Shown here piece by piece: positions 1-13,170 of a stretch of DNA of 64,000 nucleotides. The DNA is from Macrostomum lignano (taxonomy: Eukaryota). The stretch covers positions 310,001-374,000 of the forward strand of contig NIVC01000068.1 of the NCBI GenBank assembly GCA_002269645.1, read 5' to 3'. A model generated the notes under the pieces. The model made no database searches. It saw nothing but the letters and a program-made list of their open reading frames with translations, and was not told where the DNA came from. The stretch's first letter is position 1. Every line of letters starts with the position of its first letter. Both the position numbers and the translations under genes were made by a program.

Positions 1-470
1 TAGAGGCATGCAATTCCTCAGATCTAGAGCTAGGCATCCAATTCCTCAGATCTAGAGCTAGGCATCCAATTCCTCAGATCTAGAGGCATCCAATTTCTCA
101 GATCTAGAGCTAGGCATCCAATTCCTCAGATCTAGAGGCATCCAATTCCTCAGATCTAGAGCTAGGCATCCAATTCCTTCAGATCTAGAGGCATCCAATT
201 CCTCAGATCTAGAGGCATCCAATTCCTCAGATCTAGAGCTAGGCATCCAATTCCTCAGATCTAGAGGCATCCAATTCCTCAAATCTAGAAGCATGCAATT
301 CCTCAGATCTAGAGGCATCCAATTCCTCAGATCTAGAGGCATCCAATTCCTCAGATCTAGAGGCATCCAATTCCTCAGATCTAGATGCATCCAATTCCTC
401 AGATCTAGAGGCATCCAATTCCTCAGATCTAGATGCATTCAGTTTCCCAAATCTAGAGGTTCTAGTTCCT
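1..470. repeat. Intronic minisatellite with 24/29-bp unit (TAGAGGCATCCAATTCCTCAGATC, variant with GCTAG insert)
   Basis: Unit directly visible from base 1. It decays at about 470-500, just upstream of the candidate acceptors of the Kazal exon (CAG at 527-529 or 547-549). Confidence 0.95.
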
Positions 471-529
471 CAGATCAATAGATTTCAGTTCCTCAGTCCT
501 AAGAGGCCTCCTTAAACTTACTTCAACAG

Positions 530-1598
530 CTCAAACTCGCTCTTCGCAGGCGACCGCATCGGCCCGGACGCTGGCGATCTGGTGTGCGCATCCAACGGCG
601 TAACCTACTCAGACCAGTGCCGGATGAACCACGACGCCTGCCTTCGCGGCGTCAACACCACGAAGCTGTCCACCGGCGAGTGTCCAACCGGCAAATACTG
701 CACCGAGTGCCGGCATCCTTACCAGCGCTGCCGAGTTGAGAATGAGCTGACAGGCGTGTCCACCTGTCACTGTCCGGAGTCCTGTCCGCCAGTGCTCAGT
801 CCGGTTTGCGGCTCCGACAATAACACCTACGAGTCGCTGTGCCACCTGTACAGGCACGCCTGTCTGAACAATCTGCCACCGAAACAGCTGCTGCCAGTCC
901 ATCGCGGCAGCTGCAGCCGGGAGGGCCTGTGCGGCCGTGGCCGCAGCCAGCCCTGCCTGTTTGGCGGCGTCTGTCGGGTGCGCATCGAGGAGAAGTTGAT
1001 GTCGCATCACCAGATTAGCTACAGCGGCAAGTTCGCCTGCGACCCGCCCGAATGCCTCTGGTCGGAGACGCCAGACGATGCTGAGCCGGCCGGAGACCGC
1101 TGGCTGCTGGCCGTGATTCTGGCCGCCGCAGGCGGAGAGTTCAGCGCCCAGGTGTGCGGTACGGACGGCGTCACGTACAAATCTGAGTGCCACCTGCGCC
1201 GGAGGGCGTTCGAATTGCGGCGCGACATTCGAGTCAGCGAGAGAAGCAGCTGCAATCCGTGCAGGAAGGTCACCTGTCCGCACTTCGGTCTGTGCCGCGT
1301 CAACTCGCGCGGCCAGCCGCAATGCCACTGTCCGACTAACTGTCTGTACAGCCCCGGCGAGACCAGCGTCTGCGGCAGCGACGGTCGAATCCACGACTCC
1401 GGCTGCGAGCTGAGGCGAACCTCCTGTCGGACTAAGCAAGACATTCAGATTTTGCCGATCGAGATGTGCGGCCCGGGAGCTGCCGGCAGAAGGAGGCGTG
1501 GGAATAAAGAAAAGCGCAGCGTCGACCGAGGACGCCAACAGCATCAGCATCGGCTGCGGCATTATCGAAAGCGCAGTTTCCTTGTTGCTCAGCAGTGA
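530..1598 (+). CDS. Terminal coding exon of an extracellular follistatin/Kazal-repeat protein (agrin-like); 5' part of the gene lies outside the window
   Basis: Four Kazal motifs (VCASNGVTY, VCGSDNNTY, VCGTDGVTY, VCGSDGRIH), three preceded by follistatin-N-type Cys patterns. Open frame from acceptor ttcaacAG (528-529; alternative at 548-549) to TGA at 1598. Confidence 0.85.
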
Positions 1599-2428
1599 CG
1601 GAAGATTTTAGAAGCTACAAACTCTAGCGCTGGGGCAACAAAACTTCGTAGCTATGATTCACAAGATTAAATACCCAGATTTGCACACCACTTCCGATCG
1701 AAGCGACTATGAGCGGTAAACTATTTCAAACAAAATTTTCAAACAAAACTTAACAAAACTACTCATATTTAATACTTATTCTCGTAGGCATGTAAATTTA
1801 AATTTATCATTAAACAGCTTTAATAAACAAACAATCAATCACCGCGAGGTTTTATTTACTTCGGTGGTCGGAAAACTTAGAAAAAATCAACGTTTGACTC
1901 TTTTTTAATCACGTGTATGTACATGTACTCTACTATAAGGTTGCATTTAGGAGATGAAGATTATGTATGATGATACTACACATGAGTAACACTGTAAATT
2001 GCAATGCTTAGAAAAATTGCAAGGGCGCGATGATATCGCATCAAGGACCACTGTAGTCATTGTATCGCATCTGAATTAAAACGAGTCCACCAGAGCTGAA
2101 CTTCACTATCTAACTTAATCTGCTTCTTGCAAAGAAAATCTCGAAGAAAAAGTATCGGGGTTTTAAAGGAATTTAAAGTAATTTTTAAGCGGCTTCACTC
2201 CGGATTTGCTGAAAGAAAATTAAGTCGTTAATTTCTAGAAACAGTCGAGCAATCCCGCGAATTTGATTTCGGCACTGTATTATCGCAGGCCCTGCGCCTC
2301 GAGGATAATTAACTTATTTTTCGAAACTATCAAAGTAAAAGCTTTTTCGTGCGAAATACTGACTTGAAAGTTATATTAGTCAAAGTACCATACATGTATC
2401 TATAGCATTTCGTCGATATCAATGAAAA

Positions 2429-4530
2429 ATGATTTTGGACATCCTTTTAAGCGATTACAAACGAATACCAATCGTAACGAGGTCCTACTGTACAGCATGC
2501 TTCGTTACTACTTTGGCTGTTGTAAGTCTGTGCAATTGATTTTGATTTTCTATATCCCACCCAGTGCTTGCGTGTATATTTATTTAAGTTGTATATTATG
2601 ATTCATTTACTTTTCTCAAACTTACTTTTCTACATTATTAGTATCTGGAATTCGTTGGTCCCCATCAGCTTTATTATAATCCGAAGTTGCTGCTAACAAC
2701 AATGCAGGTAAATAAATTGTTTATTGTGTTGATTTTATGCAGAAATTATTAAGTATCTTATTTTCTTCTCAGTGAAGAGCAGTATGACTGTTAGTATTAC
2801 ATGTTGTTATTGGTAAAATTTGAAAGATTTCAACACAGGCTATATAAAATAAGATAACTTTAAAGAACTTACATGATAAATAATGGATAAAGGCATTTTT
2901 TACTTTGAATTTTTTGTTGCAATTAAATTACTTTTTCATTATTATTTTGAGATTTGTTGGTCTCAAGGATAGTTAATTTCATATACAATATGCATAATCC
3001 AAGGTTAACTCTAACTGTAACAACCCTATTAACACAAACTATAGAAATAAAAGGTAAAGAGTTATAACAAAATTTAGACAGATATATACAAAGGGATGAA
3101 CAAATTTAAACTTACTTCATTTGTTACAATATTCATTAATTTATGAAATTGAGTCAAAATGATCATATAAAATTTTCAGCAATTCTAATTATATTTTAGA
3201 TTTGGCGACCAATAACTTGTTTTCTGTTTCTTGGAAAGCTCAACTTCAGCTTCTTCTTTCGCCTCTTAGCCGTGTACCGCTGCTGTCGCATGCTCGAGGA
3301 GGACGTATTTCGGAATCGCACAGGCGACCTCGTCTTCATGCTGGCATTCTGTGGCTTCTTTATTCTAGTGAGAGTTGATGCAATTTTAATTTTATGATCG
3401 GCTATAGGCTTGTACTATAGTTCTAGGACTTAAAAGGACCAATATCCAGAGACAGTATATAGGTGCAATTAGTGTCAAAGATTTCCGACAAGTTATGAAT
3501 AATGGTTTGGTTGTCTCCGGGCACCATTCAACAGGTGTATTGAAGACTGACATCTTTCTACATGTACGTACGTATATGGACTTGATACTTGATAATTGAG
3601 AGCCAACCCAACACCCAAGGCACAGAGAGTGTGTACACCCTGCGTGAGCGTGTTATGTGCCTCAGAGCTGGTTTGTGGGACATACGATTCTTGATCAAAA
3701 TTCACTTAATTTTTAGCTAGCAAACTGTTTCCTTGGCTCGGCATTCCTGGCGCAGTCCTTTCTCATGTCGATGATCTACCTGTGGTGCCGTAATCGCTGG
3801 TACAGGTTCATCAACTTGCACCTAATTGGCCAGATCGCATTTCCGGCACTGTTTCTGCCGCTAATAATCTTATTGATATCGATGGTGCTGTATAAGTCTG
3901 CTTGCATGGCCAATCTGCTAGGTGAGATTAGTTTAATTACAGGTTTTGCATGTACAATGGGATTATTGCACCTGTGCTAAATCATGAGATACAATAGCTT
4001 ATGACCTTATGTTAACCGATTAAGTGTGTTAAAGCTTACAACCTGTACTGATTACAGTGTGAAGAAGATAGTGCGCTTTAGGATTTTTATTTTATTAGCT
4101 AGCCAGGTTGATTGGTTGTGTTGCATATCAAACCTGTTCTGATTATAGAGTGGGGTGGTTGGTTGTATCACTTGAATTAATTAATAAATTTTTATAAATT
4201 TTCGCACCTGGGCAACATGCAATCAGGGGCCTGTGTACCTGTGCTAGTTGGATTGGATATACTATTATTATGCTTACACACTGCTGCGAATATATTTCAT
4301 ACAGGCATTTTAGTCGGTCATCTGTACTTCTTTTTCGACGGAGTATTTCCTCAACTTGGCCACGGATTTCAAGTGTTGCGCACTCCCCGATTTTTGTAAG
4401 CGCGGCCTGAAGTTGAAGTTTTTGTTCATAAGAAATAAATTTAATAACACCCTTTCTTTATCTCCGTTATTACAGGCGTAAAATTTTCGATGAACATCGA
4501 GAGCCATTTACAGAACCAGCCATGAATTGA
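2429..4530 (+). CDS. DERL2: Derlin-2/3-like ERAD rhomboid pseudoprotease, 6 exons, about 225 aa
   Basis: Exons 2429-2521, 2642-2707, 3200-3367, 3717-3921, 4305-4395, 4476-4530 join in frame via GT-AG (678 nt). Peptides [35 protein letters not shown] (WR motif), [20 protein letters not shown] (GxxxG) match Derlin-2. Missed as a unit by the ORF track. Confidence 0.9.
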
Positions 4531-5091
4531 AGCAACTACTTTTAGTAGCACAAATACTGCACATAGAGCTTGCATTTTTGAATTCTTTTCTTAGATCAAA
4601 TTGCTATTAACTAAGTGGCCTTACGAGTATTAATAGTCAGGTGTAAAAGCAGAGTTTAATTAATTTTTATTGCGTTATTTTTTACCATTGGTTTTATTTT
4701 TAAAGTATATGAATGAAATAAATACACGTGCTGGTACCGCTTGCTTATAGTCAAACAGTTTGCAAGTCAATTTAAAAAGAATTTTTACGCTCAAGCATTA
4801 ATTGATGAAAATCTAGCTTTCGTTTGTAAAATTTGTCATCATTAATAATAATAATATGTATTTGTCAGACAGTCAGGTTAAAAACAACAGATTGTTTCCG
4901 TGTGAGCCAATCGAATAAAAAATTAATAGTAAAAAAACGCGAATAAAGACACAGAACTGAAGCTGTTTGTAAAATTGATATATTATATTTTCATATTTCA
5001 CATTGGATTGAGAGATACGTAATAAGAAATTAAAGCACAGAACGAAGCAGACAACATAAAATAAATGAAAGCTGATGAGCTCCAATCTTCT

Positions 5092-5165
5092 GGGTGCGTC
5101 GTGGCGTAGCGGTCAAGCGAATGACGCGTGAAATTCTAAAGGTCCCGAGTTCGATTCAGCTAAAA
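5092..5165 (+). mobile_element. tRNA-derived SINE head or tRNA pseudogene
   Basis: Pol III A box TGGCGTAGCGGT and B box GAGTTCGATTC at tRNA-like spacing; no acceptor-stem pairing. Confidence 0.55.
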
Positions 5166-5688
5166 AATCAATAATTTATTCGAGGTCGACTACTACTTAC
5201 TAAGTAGTACAACTGACAGGAATAGCAAGCTAAAAATCGCATGAAAATTTAAAATACAGAAGCCAGAAGGCTGCGCAAGGCAGGTAGACGCGCGTGGTTT
5301 GGTCAGTCAGAATTTTACATGCGCAATAAACAAACCGAATAATCAAAGTTCAATAAAAATTACAGATGAACAACCAAACCAAATTTACAGGAGTATTTAA
5401 ACAGGTCAGCAGAAACAGATTCAATCATGTTGGACTAGTGGAAAAATGACAATGATTGAATGGGGATCGCCAAATGATTGCCACATGCGCCTGGGTACTC
5501 TCTCTGCGCCTTGGTGATCGGGGAACCCCCGGGTGTACTTTGGCGCAAGAACAGCCAAGCTACTATCATGTCAGCTGTACCACAGCTACGGTAATAAATG
5601 AGCATAGAAAACTCCATTGGAGTAGTGGTCAGTAGTCAGTAGCGCGAATGACAATATAAAATCTAATATAGCTAATTAAACAATTCGA

Positions 5689-8600
5689 TCAGCACTGCGA
5701 AGAGCCGACATCATCGTACCAGGCCGAAGCTGCACCAGCTGCTGGGTGTCTTGCTGGCTCCCTGCCTGCAGCTGTCGCTGTGGTTGTCGGCTCAACGCTA
5801 ATCCGAGTCAACCGTTCGAGATCTCGCTCGGTCAGGTGCAGCTGCTGGGGCGGCCGGCCGTCTCTGGTGCTGCTGTAGCCGCTGCTGCTGCTGACTGTGG
5901 ACTCGGCGCCTGCAGCTACCGTGGACAGCCTGGTTGGCGTCTGCTGCTGACGAGAGGAAGGACCGGCGGCAGAGGTAGCCGCCGCCTCTGCAGCAGTTCG
6001 CTCTTCTAAAACGCTCAAACGCTTCGGCATAAAAGCGGCAGATGAAGAAGTGGGAGGCTGAAGCGGCGGCAGCGACATGGCGGATGACAACTCGCTGTCC
6101 GACACTTCGGTGATGGTGGACAAATTCGGCTCGTAGACGGAGTCCTCGGCACCGGTCAGCAGCTGGAGCTGCTCATCACCGCTGCCATATATCAGCTGCT
6201 TCAGTGTCTGGCCTTCGTTCGGCTGCCAGGGCGCCTTGCTAGGAGGCGGCTGCGGCTGCTGTTTGGCCGAAGGAGCCTCCGGCAGGTCCGATTCGCTCTC
6301 TTGCGACGGGCGTCGGAAGCCGGGAGGCGGCGGCGGCGGTGGCTGAGGCTGAGACGGAGGTGGCGTGGCCGGTACATTGTCGTCTATCTCGGCTAGAAGC
6401 TCAGTGTCCGCCGCAGTGACCGGCAGGAACTGGCCAGAGTGCACGCTGAGCAGCGACTCCTGCGAAGAGGAGGACACGGACTCGACCAGCTGCTGCTGTA
6501 CAGGCGTGTTGGCCACGTCTTGAAGGCCTAGCAGAGCAGTGGCAGCCAGCTGCAGCAGTCGGCCAGCCTGCCTGCCTCCGCCGCCTCCGCTAAGCTGCAG
6601 CAGCACGAACTCTTGCCCAACTTCCAGCAGATCAAAGCCAAGCGACGACAACAACTCGTGACAACCGTCGGAGCCGCGCCACAGTTGCACAGGGACTCGC
6701 AGTTCCGCTGTGGCCGTCCGCGGCATTGTGCTGGACACTGTTGGCCGGCCTGAAGTCCGGCTGGACGTTGAAGTTGAAGCCAGCAGCAGGTCGACCAGCT
6801 GCCGCAGCTGCTGGCCAGACGAGGCTGCCAGCAGGCGGGACAGAGCGCCCAGCGACCTGTCCGGGAGGCCCAGCAGCGCCATCAGACACGCCGACGTCTG
6901 CGCCAGGCGTTCGGCCGGGTCCAGAGTCGGGAAGAACAGCACAGCGGCAGTCGACTCGTCGCTAGGAACGGCGTTGAGGTCGTCGGTCGTCTTGCCGACG
7001 CCGCTCGTCAGCCGGAATCCCAGCGCCGCCAGAAGGTTGTGCCAGTGTCGGCTGGAGGCCACCTGGCGACCGACTTTCTTTTCGACGCTTAATTGGCTGG
7101 TGTACATCGGCGTGCGACAGCCCTGCAGGGAGCGACAAAATATTTGAATTTCTCTTGTCAAAATTATCTAGCTTCATCAGTCACTATGATTACTTCGCTT
7201 CTGCGTCAGTCTCACCCCATCTCAATCTCACCTCATCTCAGTCCCATCTCATCTCAATCTCACCCCATCTCAGTCCCATTTTTATCTCAATCTCACCCCA
7301 TCTCAGTCTCACTCTCACCCCATCTCAGTCTCTCCTCATCTCAGTCTCACCCCATTTCAGTCTCACCCCATCTCAGTCTCACTCTCACCCCATCTCAGTC
7401 TCTCCTCATCTCAGTCTCACCTCATTTCAGTCTCACCCCATCTCAGTCTCACCCCATCTCAGTTTCATCCCATCTCAGTCTCACCCCATCTCAGTCCCAT
7501 CTCATCTCAATCTCACCCCATCTCAGTCTCACTCTCACCCATCTCAGTCTCACTCTCACCCCATCTCAGTCTCACCCCATCTCAGTCTCACCCCATCTCA
7601 ATCTCACTCCATCTCAGTCTCACCCCATTTCAGTCTCACCCCATCTCAGTCTCACCCCATTTCAGTCTCACCCCATCTCAGTCTCACCCCATTTCAGTCT
7701 CACCCCATTTCAGTCTCACCCCATCTCAGTCTCTCCTCATCTCAGTCCCATCTCTTCTCAATCTCACCTCATCTCAGTCCCATCTCATCTCAATCTCACC
7801 TCATCTCAGTCCCATCTCATCTCAATCTCACCCCATCTCAGTCTCACTCTCACCCCATCTCAGTCTCTCCTCATCTCAGTTTCATCCCATCTCCGTCTCA
7901 CCCCATCTCAGTCCCATCTCATCTCAATCTCACCCCATCTCAGTCTCACTCTCACCCATCTCAGTCTCACTCTCACCCCATCTCAGTCTCACCCTATCTC
8001 AGTCTCACCCCATCTCAGTCTCACCCCATCTCAGTCTCACCCCATTTCAGTCTCACCCCATCTCAGTCTCACCCCATTTCAGTCTCACCCCATCTCAGTC
8101 TCACCCCATTTCAGTCTCACCCCATTTCAGTCTCACCCTATCTCAGTCTCTCCTCATCTCAGTCCCATCTCTTCTCAATCTCACCTCATCTCAGTCCCAT
8201 CTCATCTCAATCTCACCTCATCTCAGTTCCATCTCATCTCAATCTCACCCCATCTCAGTCTCACTCTCACCCCATCTCAGTCTCTCCTCATCTCAGTTTC
8301 ATCCCATCTCAGTCTCACCCCATCTCAGTCCCATCTCATCTCAATCTCACCCCATCTCAGTCTCACTCTCACCCATCTCAGTCTCACTCTCACCCCATCT
8401 CAGTCTCTCCTCATCTCAGTCTCACCCCATCTCAATCTCACCCAATCTCAGTCTCACCCCATTTCAATCTCAACCCATCTCAATCTCACCCCATCTCAGT
8501 TTCACCCCATCTCAATCTCACCCCATCTCAGTTTCACCCCATCTCAATCTCACCCCATCTCAATCTCAACCCATCTCAACCTCACCCCATCTCAATCTCA

Positions 8601-11600
8601 ACCCATCTGAATCTCACCCTATCTCAGTTTCATCCCATCTCAACCTCACCCCATCTCAATCTCACCTGGACAATCCGCTGCAGGGATTTCTCAATAAGAT
8701 GCAGCAGAATTCGCAGCGCCTCTTTGCGCATCTGATCGGCGCCACCGCTGGTCCCGGCGCCAATCAGAGTGGACAGCGAGCGCGCAATTGTTAAACTGCG
8801 TTTCCTCAGCCGAGCGGACGCGTCGCCAATCAGCGCCCAGCCGGCCCAGCACTGGGGCGCCGCGCTAATCTCGGCGCGCACCAGAGCTTGAGCCGCGCGT
8901 AGCGCCACCCCAGCCGGTTGGTCCTGCAACAGGCCGGTGTAGAAGGACTTCAACAGAGCGCGCGTAGCTTTGTCCGGCGCCGGCCAGAGGCACACGAGGC
9001 AGCAGCGAGCTCCGGCAGCGAGGAACGAACGGCACAGAGTCTGCAGACCGTCTGAGGTGGCCTGGCAAGCGGGGCTGACGTGGCCGCAGCTGAGCACTAC
9101 AAGCCGGCAGGCGGGCAGGCGGGCCTGAGTCAGGTCATGCGGGGTGAGCAGTAGGTCGGATAGAGACGACGACTGCAGGTTGGCGTCCTCTGCCGAAGAT
9201 GCTTCGGCGAATTGCTGCTGCTGCTGCTGCTGGTCCTGTACAGGCGGCGCCAGAACAATGGCCGATTGCGACCAGCTGATATTGGCGGCAAAGTGTAGCA
9301 GTTCAATTGGTTGGCTGTCTTCTTTTTGGTCAGTCTGCTGCTGCTGCATCAGCTGCTGTAGCACAGCTCGGCGAGTTGCTTGACGACCGAGCAGCGGCTG
9401 GGGAGCCGCGGCCAGCAGGTCGGCAAGGCTGCGGCACTCGTGCTCCGCCGGCGGTGCTGACTGGCACCAGAGATGTCGGTCGGCAACGCTGCGGGGCAGC
9501 CAGGGGTTGCCGACGATCAGCTGACGGTGCGGCTGCAGCGACTCCGCGGCCGCGGCGGCTGAGGCGTCGGTACCGTCCCGTGCGGAGGTGGCCTCGGCAA
9601 CTGTTACTGGGGAGTCTTTTGGCCTGGAGTTGGGAAGATTGGAATTCGATAGAACAGGCGAGCTTGCAAATCCCCAGTTGCTGGGCCATCCTCACAGATC
9701 CCCAGTTGCTGGGCCAGCCTCCTAGATCCTCATCAGTTGCTGGTCCACCAGCCTCCCAGATCCTAATTTTCTGGGCCAGCCTCCCAGATCCCCAGTTGCT
9801 GGGCCAGCTTCCCATGCAGATCCTCATTTGCTGGGCCAGCCTCCCAGATCCCCAGTTGCTGGGCCAGCTTCCCATGCAGATCCTCATTTGCTGGGCCAGC
9901 CTCCCAGATCCCCAGTTGCTGGGCCAGCTTCCCATGCAGATCCTCATTTGCTGGGCCAGCCTCCCAGATCCTCAGTTGCTGGGCCAGCCTCCCAGATCCT
10001 CAGTTGCTGGGCCAGCCTCCCAGATCCCCAGTTGCTGGGCCAGCCTCCCAGATCCCCAGTTGCTGGGCCAGCCTCCTAGATCCTCAGTTGCTGGACCAGC
10101 CTCCCAGATCCTCAGTTGCTGGGCCAGCCTCCCAGATCCTCAGTTGCTGGGCCAGCCTCCCAGATCCTCAGTTGCTGGGCCAGCCTCCCAGATCCTCAGT
10201 TGCTGGGCCAGCCTCCCAGATCCCCAGTTGCTGGGCCAGCCTCCCAGATCCTCAGTTGCTGGGCCAGCCTCCCAGATCCCCAGTTGCTGGGCCAGCCTCC
10301 TAGATCCTCAGTTGCTGGACCACCCGCCTCCCAGATCCCCAGCATCTCATGATCCCCATCTCCCAGCACTCACCGATGCTGCAGGGGCAGAAGCTGCTGT
10401 CTGCAGTGCAGCAGGCAGTGCAGGCTGGGCGCCAGACTGATATTAAATCGGTCGCCGAGAGCCGCAGACGCAACGCTGGCACTGCTGGACTTCAGCAGGC
10501 TGAAAGGCACAAGGTAAAGGTCGCCCTGAGGCACAATGATGAGGCTTGGACGCTGCTGCTGCTGCTGTTGCGGCAGGTGAGGCTCCAACTCGGCGATAAG
10601 CACCGAGTACAGGTGGCCCAGAGCCCGACGCCCGATGCCGCTCCCGCTGGCGCCGCTGCCGCCGCTTCGTCCGGAGGCGAGCGACAGCGAATCGGCGGCC
10701 GCGGCGGCTGCGGCGGCTTTCGCAGCGGCGGCAGGAGCGGCGAAGAAGCCGGCTGAGACGGAGGCCACACTGTGGGCCTCGGAGTCCTCGCCGCCGCGCT
10801 CGAAGTCGGGGTCCAGCTGGTTCACGTCTGTCTGGCGGAATGCCACCAGCCCGTCTGCGGGGGTAAGCAGCCAGGTGTACAGGTACCCGGCGGCCAGGGA
10901 GAAGTACACCAGGCTGGAGTCGCAGTCGCGTACTAGGCGTAGCATCTCATCGTAGGTCATTGGGCCCTGCGGGTGAGTGGTTTCGAATGATTAAGTGAGT
11001 GATTGAGTGAGCGAGTGAGTGAGTGAGTGATAAAGAGAGTAATTGAGTGATTAAGTGAGTGATTAAGTAAGTGATAAAGAAAGTAATTGAGTGATTGAGT
11101 GATTAATTGAGTGATTGAGTGAGTGATAAAGTCAGTGATTGAGTGATTAAGTGAGTGATTAGGTGAGTGCATGAATGAGTGAGTGAGTGAGTGAGTGAGT
11201 GAGTGAGTGAGTGAGTGAGTGAGCGATGAGTGAGCGAGTGAGTGAGTGAGTGAGTGAGTGAGTGAGTGAGTGAGTGAGTGAGTGAGCGAGCGAGCAAGTG
11301 AGTGAGTGAGCGAGCGAGTGAGTGAGTGAGTGAGTGAGTGAGTGAGCGAGCGAGTGAGTGAGTGAGTGAGTGAGTGAGTGAGTGAGTGAGCGAGTGAGTG
11401 AGTGAGTGAGTGAGTGAGCGAGCGAGTGAGTGAGTGAGTGAGTGAGTGAGTGAGTGAGTGAGTGAGTGAGCGAGTGAGTGAGTGAGTGAGTGAGTGAGTG
11501 AGTGAGTGAGTGAGTGAGTGAGTGAGTGAGTGAGCCCCCACCTGCAGGATGTCGCTCAGCTCCGCGTCGGCCTCCTTAGCCTGCCGGTCCAGCAGCAGGT

Positions 11601-12985
11601 CAACAAACGGCCTGGCCTGGCAAGTCTCTGCAGCAACGAGAGCCTCCTGGGGACGGCCGAGAGCGGCCAGGACTCTCTGCAGCGCCTGCGAACAGGCCGT
11701 CTGAGCTGACAGCAGCGCAGCCCGCTGCTCGGAGGCCAGGCGCTGACGCTCGCCACGGCGGAGCTCGTCGAATAAGTCGAACGCCGACTGCAACTGCTGG
11801 CGAGAGTCAGACAGGCGGCCGCTGGCCCAGAGAGAGAGGCCGAGCCGGTGGCGGAGCCGGGCCTCCTCCTCGCGGTAGCCGGTCTTCTCGGCGGCCTTAA
11901 GGTGGGCGGGTTCAATTAAGGTCATCGGGGAAATTTCAAGTCGGGTGGTGTAGCCGCAGCCTAGCTTAAAGATCAAAGGGATTACCCGCAGCATAGCCTT
12001 AAGATCAAAGGGATTAGCCGCATCCTGGCCTCAAGATCAAAGGGATTAGCCGCATCCTGGCCTCAAGATCAAAGGGGTTAGCCGCATCCTGGCCTCAAGA
12101 TCAAAGGAATTAGCCGCAGCCTAACTAGAAGATCAAAGGAATTAGCCTCAGCCTAAATTAAAGATCAAAGGAATTAGCCTCAGCCTAAATTAAAGATCAA
12201 AGGAATTAGCCTCAGCCTAAATTAAAGATCAAATATGGATTAGCCGCAGCAAAGCCTCAAGACCAAAAATGATTAGCCACAGCTTATATCAAAGATCAAA
12301 GGGATTAGCCGCAACCTAGCTTAAAGATCAAAGGAATTAGCCTCAGCCTAAATTAAAGATCAAAGAGATTTGCCGCAGCATAGCCTCAAGATCAAAGATT
12401 ATTAGCCGCAGCCTAGATTAAATATCAAAGAGATTAGCCGCAGCATAATCTCAAGATCAAAGGGTTAGCCGCAGCCTAGATTAAAGATCAAAAGGGTTAG
12501 CGGCAGCCTAGATTAAAGATAAAAGGGGTTAAGCCGCAGCCTAGATTAAAGATCAAAGGGGTTAGCCGCAGCCTACATTTAAGATCAAAGAGACTTGCCG
12601 CTTTAGCCCAGACTCACCTGCAGCCCGTCGCGCAGGTAGCGTATGGCCTCCCCGTATCCAGCTAGGCAGTGGTGAATGCGCCCCAGCGCTGTCAGAGCCG
12701 ACAGCTTCGCCTGTTCCTTGGCCAGCTCACCCGCGGATCTCAGGTGCCGCTCCTGATAGTCCAGCGCCAGCCGGTAGTCGCCCTGAGCCTCGTAGGCCAG
12801 GCCGATGTTGCCGTAGGCTCGGCAGCGAGCTTCGGGCAGCGAGTTCGACTCGGCTAGCCGAAGATCCAGCAAATGGAATTCCAGACTGCGGCCGAAATCC
12901 GACATCTGCTGGTAGACCCTGCCCAGGCCCGAGGCCGCTTCCGCCTCTGTGCTGGGCGAGCCCGCCTGGTGATTGCGGTGTTGGA

Positions 12986-13016
<31 letters not shown>

Positions 13017-13111
13017 GTCTGTCTGTCTGTCTGTCTGTCTTAGTGTCTGTCTGTCTGTCTTAGTGTCTGTCTGTCTGTCTGTCTGTCTGGCTGTCTGTCT
13101 GGCTGGCTTAG

Positions 13112-13170
<59 letters not shown>

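Noticed and set aside
609-1562. 317-aa antisense ORF over the Kazal exon
   Set aside because: Shadow ORF of GC-rich coding sequence; no recognisable motifs.
5092-5165. Functional tRNA gene (also considered for 14905, 16968, 21400, 23860)
   Set aside because: A and B boxes are present, but no acceptor stem or complete cloverleaf; most continue into SINE bodies.
7093-8735. 505-aa and 526-aa Ser/His/Pro-rich ORFs
   Set aside because: Translations of the intron 13 minisatellite, antisense to TTC28.
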